NCBI GenBank assembly: GCA_036679645.1
Contig: JAZDCY010000024.1
Coordinates: forward strand, 1 to 33,753
Direction of reading: 5' to 3'
DNA: 33,753 nt
DNA from: Gemmatimonadota bacterium
Lineage (GTDB): Bacteria; Gemmatimonadota; Gemmatimonadetes; Gemmatimonadales; GWC2-71-9
Below, piece after piece: positions 26,542-33,753 of this stretch. Under the pieces are notes generated by a model. That model was given only the letters and a program-made list of their open reading frames with translations, did not search any database and was not told the DNA's origin. How positions within the stretch are numbered: the stretch's first letter is position 1; each line of letters starts with the position of its first letter. The position numbers and the translations under genes were made by a program.

Positions 26542-28899
26542 TCACGCGGCGTAAAGGAGAGTCTGCAATCTCTGAATGGCTTCGCGGAGTTCCTGCTCCC
26601 CACCGAAGAACTGGGCTATCTCGATCACGTTCCCGTACCGACTGATCGGCGGCACCTCGAGGACTTCGGGCAAGGTGAACTGGGCCGCGCCATGATCGGC
26701 ATACTTTTCCAACAGGTCGTGCAAAATGACTCTGGCCTCGGGACCGTACCGCTCGAAGAAGTCCCTCTTCTCGGCCCGCAGGCGCTGCGCCCGCTCGCGG
26801 CGCGTGCGCAGCGGCGCGTTGAACGCAACATGACACAACAGATCGAACGGGTCCGCCTCGGGCTGGCCGGCCGCCTCCGCCAGCTCCTCGAAATCGATCC
26901 CGCGTTCGGCGAGCTGCACGATGATCTCTGCACGCCGGTCTGGGTCGGCCCAAGCGGCCCGTAGCAGGGCGACCGTCGGATACAACGTCCGTACCTTCTC
27001 GGCGGTGTAATCGGTGAACTTGACCACGCGCAGCTGCACGCCGTCCGGGTCCAACTCGTACACGAGGTGTGTGGCGATCTCCACCTGGCCGTCGTCGAAG
27101 TAGAACTTCCGTGCAGGGCCCCGTGGCTCCGCCGGCTCGGGGGATCCTTCATCAGGTGGCAGATCATCGAAGCCGCCCGGCGGCTCCTCTACCGGCCCCG
27201 ACACGTGGCCACCTTCGTCGATGTCGGCTTCGGTGATGGCAACCGGCTCGCCATCGAAATCGGGATCCGCGAACATCCGCGTGGCCGAGCCCGTGTAGTC
27301 GAGGATCGTGAAGAAGAGCTTGTCGTAGTCATCCCGTACACGCGTACCCCGACCGATGATCTGCTTGAACTCGGTCATCGAGTTGATGACGCGAACCAGC
27401 ACGATATTCTTGCAGGTTGGTACGTCGACCCCGGTGCTCAATAGCTGTGACGTTGTGAGGATCACCGGCGTCGTCTTCTCCACGTCCTGAAACCGGCCAA
27501 GGTGTCCCCGCCCGATCTCCCCTTCGTCGGCCGTCACACGGCAAACGTAATCGGGATGCTGGCGCACGAGGTCAGCGTTGAAGTTGTTCAGCGCCTGCCG
27601 CATCTCGCTCGCGTGTTCCTGATCCACGCAGAACACGATAGTCTTGGCGAACCGGTCGGTGCGTTCCAGAAATTCGGTCAGGTTGGCGGCGACGGCCTCA
27701 GTACGCGCGCGGAGGGCCACGACCCGCTCGAATTCCTTGGTCTGGTATTCTCCGTCCGGGATTTCCCGGCCGTAGCGGTCCAGGTCCCCGCTGCTGGGCC
27801 GCCACCCCGCGGCATCCCAGGTCGTGATCACGCGATGCACACGGTAGGGCGCGAGAAACCCGTCTTCAATGCCCTGCCGAAGACTGTAGGTGTAGATGGG
27901 ATTGCCGAAATACAGATACGTGTCGCGATTATCCTCGCGCAGCGGCGTCGCGGTCATCCCGATCTGGTGGGCCGGCTCGAAGTACTCGAGGATCTCGCGC
28001 CACGAACTCTGATCGCTGGCGCTGCCGCGGTGGCACTCGTCCACGACGATGAGGTCGAAAAAGTCGGGTGCGTACTCGCGATAGAGGCCCGGTCGCCGCT
28101 CGTCGCGCGCTATCGCCTGGTAAATGGCGAAGTACATCTCGCGACCCTTCTGAGCGATACCGTTCTCGATCTTCCAGCGCGCGTCCCCGAAGGGGCCAAA
28201 CGTCTTGTCCTTGGGATCGTCGATCAGGATGTTCCGGTCCGAGAGGTACAGTATCCGTGGCCGGCGGTGCTCCGCCGCGCAGTTCCAGCGGGCTTCGGAC
28301 AGCTTCCAGCAGATCTGGAACGCGACCAACGTCTTGCCCGTGCCAGTGGCCATCGTGAGCAGCACCCGGCGCTCGCCCTGAAGCACCGCCTGAATGGCGC
28401 GGTTGATGGCAATCTCCTGGTAATAGCGGAGCGGGCTTCCGGTGAGACTGTAGCGGGGTGTGAGGAGCCGCTCGCCCACTTCCGGACCGATCCCCGCACC
28501 CGCCGAAAGCCTCGCCCATAACTCGTCCGGGGTCGGGAACGTTGGAACGCCGTTCTCGCGCCCGGTGAGATAATCGAACTCGATGATCTCGTGGCCGTTG
28601 GTGGCGTACGCGAACTGGAGATCCAGGAGCTCGGCGTAGTCCTTTGCCTGCTGGAGACCGTCGTAGGCAGACTTGTAGCTGGCTTTGGCCTCCACGACCG
28701 CTATTGGGAACTCACTCCGGTACCGCAGCAAATAATCGACGCGTTTGCCAGGGCGGCGGATTCCCTTCCTCCCCGCGACGACGATCCGTCCGTCCGTGAA
28801 CGTCACCTGCTCACGGATCTGATGCGGTTCGTCGTCCCAGCCGGCGGCTTGCAGCTTGGGGACGACGAACTGGCGGCAGGTATCGGCTTCGTTTGGCAT
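26542..28899 (-). CDS. hsdR: Type I RM restriction subunit (EcoAI/EcoEI-like)
   Basis: DYLL...VVEAK nuclease motif, RYYQ, MATGTGKT, DECH, TATP and QIIGRGTR; EcoEI-type C-terminus. Confidence 0.96.
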   Translation of the reverse strand: MPNEADTCRQFVVPKLQAAGWDDEPHQIREQVTFTDGRIVVAGRKGIRRPGKRVDYLLRYRSEFPIAVVEAKASYKSAYDGLQQAKDYAELLDLQFAYATNGHEIIEFDYLTGRENGVPTFPTPDELWARLSAGAGIGPEVGERLLTPRYSLTGSPLRYYQEIAINRAIQAVLQGERRVLLTMATGTGKTLVAFQICWKLSEARWNCAAEHRRPRILYLSDRNILIDDPKDKTFGPFGDARWKIENGIAQKGREMYFAIYQAIARDERRPGLYREYAPDFFDLIVVDECHRGSASDQSSWREILEYFEPAHQIGMTATPLREDNRDTYLYFGNPIYTYSLRQGIEDGFLAPYRVHRVITTWDAAGWRPSSGDLDRYGREIPDGEYQTKEFERVVALRARTEAVAANLTEFLERTDRFAKTIVFCVDQEHASEMRQALNNFNADLVRQHPDYVCRVTADEGEIGRGHLGRFQDVEKTTPVILTTSQLLSTGVDVPTCKNIVLVRVINSMTEFKQIIGRGTRVRDDYDKLFFTILDYTGSATRMFADPDFDGEPVAITEADIDEGGHVSGPVEEPPGGFDDLPPDEGSPEPAEPRGPARKFYFDDGQVEIATHLVYELDPDGVQLRVVKFTDYTAEKVRTLYPTVALLRAAWADPDRRAEIIVQLAERGIDFEELAEAAGQPEADPFDLLCHVAFNAPLRTRRERAQRLRAEKRDFFERYGPEARVILHDLLEKYADHGAAQFTLPEVLEVPPISRYGNVIEIAQFFGGEQELREAIQRLQTLLYAA

Positions 28900-29007
28900 C
28901 CGTGACGTGGTAGTCGTGACGCACCGAAGATACGGACCCGCGCCGGCTCTGACTACCTGCTACTGTACCAAAAACGCGCACGTCTCATCAACAACGCAGG
29001 CGCGCCG

Positions 29008-29334
29008 TTACGCCGCTTGCTCGGCCTTGGCGATCACCCGGCCGAGCTGCTTCGGAGTGGCCCCACTCACCAGGAGCGCCTTCATGAGGAGATCCAGGCT
29101 CACGCTGGGATCTCCGGCTTCCATCTTCGCGACCCGCGATTGGCTCGAGCCAATCCGCTCGGCGAACGTGATCTGTGAGACTTTGAGCTTCCGCCGACGG
29201 TCCTTCAGTGCCCGAGCCAGCTGCACCCGGACCTCGATCATCGCCATCTCGGCGTCATCGAGACCCAGGAATTCCTGAACGGTGCCCACCGTCCACCCCA
29301 CCTTCTCGAGGCGCGCCTTCTTTTTCGCATCCAT
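29008..29334 (-). CDS. XRE-HTH antitoxin (HigA-like)
   Basis: GW.VGTV.EFLGL, SQ..FA..IGSSQSRVAKMEAGDPSVSLDLL; GGAGAGG RBS. Confidence 0.9.
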   Translation of the reverse strand: MDAKKKARLEKVGWTVGTVQEFLGLDDAEMAMIEVRVQLARALKDRRRKLKVSQITFAERIGSSQSRVAKMEAGDPSVSLDLLMKALLVSGATPKQLGRVIAKAEQAA

Positions 29335-29360
29335 CGGGTCTCTCCTCTCCCAGAGATCGC

Positions 29361-29684
29361 CTACGCTGCGTCGTAGGCGGCAAGCCGCTGGCGGCAGACT
29401 TGGATCACCGGCCTTGGCGTCGTGCGCGTCTTCTTCGTGAAGACGTGCACGACCACTATTGCATCGCTGTCGATCCGGTAGAGGATCCGCCACGTCTGCC
29501 GGGCGTCCGGGATCCGGAGTTCGTGACACCGTGGTCCGATGCTGGGCATCGGGCGACTGTGCGGCATGTCCAGCCGTTCCCCCTCTTGCAGGAGACGAAG
29601 GAGCGCGCCCGCCCGGCGGCGCCCTTCGGCCGAGAACGGCGGAGTCCGGATCGTGTCGGCCAGCCACACCAGCGGCTTTGCCAT
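29361..29684 (-). CDS. RelE/ParE-superfamily (Gp49/HigB-like) toxin
   Basis: KPLVWL...TPPFS...MPHSRPMPSIG..CHELRI...WRI.YR...F.KKT..TP. Confidence 0.92.
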   Translation of the reverse strand: MAKPLVWLADTIRTPPFSAEGRRRAGALLRLLQEGERLDMPHSRPMPSIGPRCHELRIPDARQTWRILYRIDSDAIVVVHVFTKKTRTTPRPVIQVCRQRLAAYDAA

Positions 29685-29689
29685 ACACC

Positions 29690-29731
29690 AAACTATGTCA
29701 CTACTGACATAATGTCAAATGCGACATAGTT
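29690..29731 (-). promoter_or_regulatory. TA promoter with a double palindromic operator
   Basis: TATGTCA-N4-TGACATA and AATGTCA-N4-CGACATA in tandem; minus-strand TTGACA-17 bp-TAGTTT ends 5 nt before the ATG. Confidence 0.8.
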
Positions 29732-29798
29732 CCATCCACCGTCAAGAGAAGAACGCGGCTGCAACTCGATGGGAGCTGGAGTGAGCGGCACCAGCGCC

Positions 29799-31121
29799 CT
29801 AATGACCTGCTCGCTCTCTCCACAACCGATACATCAGCACCGCCGCCCGCTTTGCCATCAGGGTGATGGAACTGAGCTGGACGGTCTCGTTGGGCGTGTG
29901 CCCGCCGCTGCCCACCACGCCCAGTCCGTCGAGAGCGGCACCCACCACGTCCGCGACGAACGACACGTCCGCCGCCCCACGGCGGCCTGGATCGACCGGA
30001 CGCACGGGCCCAAGCCCCAAGTCGCGGCTCACCCCATCGAGTACGGCGAGCAGCTCGTAGTTCGCGTCGGTGGGCCCCATGGGGGGATACGAATCGACAA
30101 ACTCGATGTCGGCCGATGTGCCCGGAAGGTGATTCGCCACGATTGTGCGCATGCGATCCTTCGCACGTTCGCGCTGCGCGATGGAGATCGTGCGCAGGTC
30201 ACCGGTTATCACCGCAGCCTCGGCAATCACGTTCGTCTTGCCGAACGCGGTGCCGCGACTCATGGCCGGATCGAAATCCACGCTGGTGCCGCCGAGTATC
30301 ATCCCGGGGTTGAACGTGAGATACCGCTCGGGCATCTCGGTGTGGAACTCGCTGAGAATGCGGGCGGCCTCGAAGATGGCTCCACTGCCGAGGTCCGGAC
30401 GGAAGATCTGCGACGAGTGGGCGCGTGTCCCGGTCGCGCGAATCGTCCAGCCGGTGAACCCACGACGCGCGACCGTCGCCGTACCGGTCCCACCCACACC
30501 GCCCTCAAACCCGAGCGCAATGTCGCTCTGTTCGCCTGCCGCAATGAGATCACGCCGCCCTATTGCAAGCGGCTTGCCGGTACTCTCTTCATCTCCCATG
30601 AGCGCGACGGTCAGATTCATCCCTTCCAGTACGCCCGCCGCCTGGAGCGCCTGCAACGCGAGGATGATCACCACGTCCCCGCCCTTCATGTCCTCGGTCC
30701 CCGGCCCTTTCGCCATATCGTCGTCTAGCAGCTCCCAGTCCTGAAACGGGCTGTCATCTTCGAAAACGGTATCGAGGTGCCCGATGAGCAGCATCCGTGG
30801 ACCGGTCCCGTTCATCTCCCCAAAGAGGTGACCCGCGCGATGGACCTCGTCCATGGGAATCCACCGGGTCGCAAACCCAAGCGCGTCCAACTCGGCGCGG
30901 AACACGTCGCCGACACGACGCACGCCGTCCAGGTTCATCGTGCCTGAATTGATGGTGACGACGCGCTCGAGCAGCGCGATAGCCTGCGTCGCGTGAGCAT
31001 CGACGTACTCGCCGATCGCACGTTCCGTCGGTGAGGTCTGCGCCGCGATCCGCACTGGCAGGCCCAGCATGATCACACACGCTAGCCAACGCGTAGCCAC
31101 GGTCGCTCTGATATGGGTCAT
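29799..31121 (-). CDS. M20-family metallopeptidase (glutamate carboxypeptidase-like), exported
   Basis: IGHLDTVF, GPG..DMKGG, DEE, AHSS, GAAD and GGHT.NE motifs; signal-peptide-like N-terminus; start uncertain. Confidence 0.9.
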   Translation of the reverse strand: MTHIRATVATRWLACVIMLGLPVRIAAQTSPTERAIGEYVDAHATQAIALLERVVTINSGTMNLDGVRRVGDVFRAELDALGFATRWIPMDEVHRAGHLFGEMNGTGPRMLLIGHLDTVFEDDSPFQDWELLDDDMAKGPGTEDMKGGDVVIILALQALQAAGVLEGMNLTVALMGDEESTGKPLAIGRRDLIAAGEQSDIALGFEGGVGGTGTATVARRGFTGWTIRATGTRAHSSQIFRPDLGSGAIFEAARILSEFHTEMPERYLTFNPGMILGGTSVDFDPAMSRGTAFGKTNVIAEAAVITGDLRTISIAQRERAKDRMRTIVANHLPGTSADIEFVDSYPPMGPTDANYELLAVLDGVSRDLGLGPVRPVDPGRRGAADVSFVADVVGAALDGLGVVGSGGHTPNETVQLSSITLMAKRAAVLMYRLWRERAGH

Positions 31122-31196
31122 GCCGCATGTTCGCCTGCACCCGGGGACCCGCGCAACCCTGGCGCCCCTCCTCTTGCTCAACCCGTTACCGCGCAC

Positions 31197-31215
31197 TACT
31201 TTATGTTACAAAGCT
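31197..31215. promoter_or_regulatory. Operator TACTTT-N7-AAAG upstream of the membrane protein/wHTH/uppS operon
   Basis: TACTTTATGTTACAAAGCT, with the same spacing as 8518-8536. Confidence 0.55.
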
Positions 31216-31221
31216 ACCCGG

Positions 31222-31778
31222 ATGAGGCCCCTACTCGTGACCATTCCCACCCAGGACGAGCGCACCAACGCTCAGCAGACACTCGAGTACATCCGCCAGA
31301 CGATGGAGTCCGCCTCTACGTTCACCGCGGTCTCGGGCTGGGGCATGTCCGTCGTGGGCGGTGTGGGGTTGGTCGCCGCGGGTGTGGCCGCGCGCCTCGA
31401 GAACCAGGCGGATCTCTCCCTGTGGATAACGCGGTCAAGGCAAACCGCATGCACGTGCCGTTGTGGTCCGGATCGTTCCGCAAGCTGGCATGGGTCATGG
31501 CCCCAACCCTGGTGGCGGGCGGCGTGCTTACCTATGCGCTCGCCAACGCGGGCCAGCAGAGCTTGCTCCCCGGCACGTGGCTCGCGTTGTACGGCGCCGG
31601 GGTGACCGCGGGCGGTACGCTCTCCGTCCGGGCAATTCGCACAATGGGCGTGCTCCTGTTGGTGTTCGGCGCTGCAGCTCTGTTGCGGCCGGTGTGGGGA
31701 CTGCCGCTTCTGGCGGCGGGGTTCGGGGCGGTGCACATCGCCTTTGGATTGCTCGTGGTGAGGCGTCATGGCGGTTAG
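31222..31778 (+). pseudogene. Membrane protein, frameshifted near 31426
   Basis: L.YIR.TMESASTFTAVSGWG in one frame continues as NAVKA...PLWSG...LPGTWL.LYG...FG..HI.FG in another. Confidence 0.7.
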
Positions 31779-32091
31779 CGTCGTTGCCGAAGAGCTGGAT
31801 CGGCTGATTCACGAGCGCGTGCGGCTAGGCATAGTGTCCGCGCTCGCCGCCAACGACACGGTGTCGTTTGGCGACCTGAAGAAGATTCTGGGAACGAGCG
31901 ACGGAAACTTAAGCGTCCACGCACGGAAGCTCGAAGAGGCGGGCTACATCCATGTCACGAAAGGGGTCGAAGACCGGAAACCCCGGACCGAGTATCGCCT
32001 GACAATAGAAGGGCGCGCGGCTCTCGAGACGTACCTGGCCCGGATGGAAACGATTCTGAGCGCGACACGCGAAGCGCTGGAGCGGACATGA
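31768..32091 (+). CDS. Winged-HTH transcriptional regulator (HTH_34/ArsR-like)
   Basis: [16 protein letters not shown]...[21 protein letters not shown]...KPRTEY.LT..GR. Confidence 0.93.
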   Translation: MAVSVVAEELDRLIHERVRLGIVSALAANDTVSFGDLKKILGTSDGNLSVHARKLEEAGYIHVTKGVEDRKPRTEYRLTIEGRAALETYLARMETILSATREALERT

Positions 32092-32787
32092 GCGGCCTAC
32101 ATGTCGGCATAATCATGGATGGCAACGGCCGCTGGGCGCGCGAGCGGAGCCGCCCACGATGGCGCGGGCACTTCGCGGGTGTCGACAGCGTCCGCGACAC
32201 GGTGCGTGGCAGCCCGGACCTCGGTGTCACCACGCTGACGCTGTATGCATTCTCGGCCGACAACTGGAAGCGGCCGGCGGCGGAGGTCGGGCGGTTGTTC
32301 TGGCTCTTACGGGACTACTGCCGGCGCGAGCAGGAGGAGTTGGTCGAGAACGGCGTGAAGGTCTCCGCAATCGGTCGGCGGGACCGGCTGCCAGCATCCG
32401 CGCTGGCTGGGCTGGAGCATCTGGAAGCGGCAACGATCCAGGGCACGCGGCTCCATCTCCGGCTGGCAATCGACTACTCGGCCCAGTGGGCCATTGCCGA
32501 GGCGACCGCCGCAGGCGTTGACCGAGGTCTTGACCGGCGGCACGCCTCCCGTTGACTTGCTGATTCGCACGGCCGGCGAACAGCGACTTTCCGATTTTCT
32601 CCTGTGGGAGACGGCCTACGCCGAGTTGTACTTCACCAATGTCCTGTGGCCCGACTTCCGGCGGGGTGATCTTGCCGGCGCGGTCGCGGAGTTCGATCGG
32701 CGCGTGCGGAAATTCGGCGGGTTGACTCCGGTGGAGAACGGTGACGTGGTGTCACCCCCGGTCTCCGTAGGATTGCGTACAGGCTGA
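32088..32787 (+). pseudogene. uppS: Isoprenyl transferase (UPP synthase), frameshifted near 32510
   Basis: [13 protein letters not shown] and [12 protein letters not shown] in frame 1; [31 protein letters not shown] in frame 2. Confidence 0.8.
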
Positions 32788-32816
32788 ATCGTCGCGCCTC
32801 GCGGGCGCACTGCCGT

Positions 32817-33578
32817 CTACCCGACCCGCTCGGCCCCCCATCCAAGTTTGGCACGCAACAGGTCGCGGTTCAGCGTCGCGATGAAATCGATGCTGATCGC
32901 TTTTGGGCACGCCCGTTCGCAGGCACCGTGGTTGGTGCAGGTCCCAAAGCCGTCGGCATCCATCTGCGCGATCATGTGTTGCACGCGCTCGTAACGCTCC
33001 GGCTGTCCCTGGGGGAGCGCCGCGAGATGTTGAATCTTGGCGGCGGTGAAGAGCATTGCAGATCCGTTGGGGCAGGCGGCGACGCACGCGCCGCAGCCAA
33101 TGCACTCCGCCGCATCCATGGAGAGATCGGCATGGCGCTTAGGAATGGGCACCGCGTTCGCGTCCGGTGCGCTGCCGGTCCGGACCGAAATGTACCCACC
33201 CGCATGAATGATCCGATCGAACGCCGTGCGATCGACGACGAGATCCCTGATCACCGGAAACCCACGCGCTCGCCATGGCTCTATCCAGATCTCATCGCCA
33301 TCATGAAAGCTGCGCATGTGCAATTGGCAGGCAGTCACCTGACGTACGGGACCGTGCGGCTCTCCGTTGATCACCATCCCACACGACCCACAGATCCCCT
33401 CGCGGCAGTCGTGCTCGAACGCTATGGGCTCGTTTCCCGCCTCAACCAACCGGTCATTGACGACATCCAGCATCTCGAGGAACGACATGTGTTCGTTGAT
33501 GTCGCGCGCCTCGTAACGCTCGAACCGTCCAGTCGCCGACGCGTTCTCCTGTCGCCAGACGTGGAGAGTCATGTTCAT
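32817..33578 (-). CDS. sdhB: Succinate dehydrogenase/fumarate reductase Fe-S subunit
   Basis: [26 protein letters not shown] and [12 protein letters not shown]. Confidence 0.96.
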   Translation of the reverse strand: MNMTLHVWRQENASATGRFERYEARDINEHMSFLEMLDVVNDRLVEAGNEPIAFEHDCREGICGSCGMVINGEPHGPVRQVTACQLHMRSFHDGDEIWIEPWRARGFPVIRDLVVDRTAFDRIIHAGGYISVRTGSAPDANAVPIPKRHADLSMDAAECIGCGACVAACPNGSAMLFTAAKIQHLAALPQGQPERYERVQHMIAQMDADGFGTCTNHGACERACPKAISIDFIATLNRDLLRAKLGWGAERVG

Positions 33579-33752
33579 CTACTTGTAGCTCCGCTGGGCG
33601 AGCTTCACATACTCGAACTCGAGATGTTCCTTGTGCAGGACAGGTTCGCTGTCGGCGCCCGTGTACTCCCACGCCGCCACGTACGCAAATCGCTCGTCGT
33701 CGCGCCGCGCCTCGCCCTCCTCCGTTTGGTGCTCCACACGGAAGTGGCCGCC
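33579..33752 (-). CDS. sdhA: Succinate dehydrogenase/fumarate reductase flavoprotein, 3' end (partial)
   Basis: [28 protein letters not shown]...[14 protein letters not shown], abutting sdhB. Confidence 0.92.
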   Translation of the reverse strand, partial: GGHFRVEHQTEEGEARRDDERFAYVAAWEYTGADSEPVLHKEHLEFEYVKLAQRSYK

Positions 33753-33753
33753 G

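Larger units (their letters stand above)
10085..29731. mobile_element. Toxin-antitoxin/defence island (boundaries approximate; no integrase seen)
   Basis: Contiguous run of TA, RM, nuclease and regulator genes plus pseudogenes between housekeeping blocks, with internal repeats. Confidence 0.7.

Noticed and set aside
28915..28935. TCGGTGCGTCA (minus strand) upstream of hsdR as a fourth motif P
   Set aside because: It is in the opposite orientation relative to the gene and the flanks do not align
10057..29765. AACGCGGC(GT/TG)CAAC at 10057-10070 and 29752-29765 as island att sites
   Set aside because: Only 12/14 identity in GC-rich DNA; not distinguishable from chance without an empty-site genome

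Overview
High-GC bacterial chromosomal window; the protein style is compatible with Gemmatimonadota, but this cannot be proven from the sequence. The left arm (1-10019) is housekeeping: a glpK-like 5' end, DUF427, a short Rho, a cupin pseudogene, a hydrolase lipoprotein, LOG, ogt, recF-DUF721/dciA-gyrB and DUF4173. The right arm (29799-33753) holds an M20 peptidase, a membrane protein/wHTH/uppS operon with two broken genes, and sdhB-sdhA. Between them lies a ~19.7 kb toxin-antitoxin (TA)/defence island with no recognisable integrase or transposase. It carries an ERCC4 nuclease, three DUF4160/DUF2442 pairs (one intact), Fic, AbiEi plus an AbiEii fused to a WYL-like domain, HicAB, HTH_17 plus a truncated PIN toxin, DUF5131-TcmP, a co-oriented XRE-HTH/ImmA-IrrE/HNH/unknown/DUF4062 block, a Type I RM system and a RelE-like/XRE pair. 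Two observations stand out. First is the AbiEii-WYL fusion. Second, four families of short non-coding motifs sit at module boundaries, including a TATCAGAATCRCG core at which flanking sequences swap partners, suggesting cassette-like shuffling without recognisable attC sites. All family calls come from motif recognition by eye; no database searches were run.
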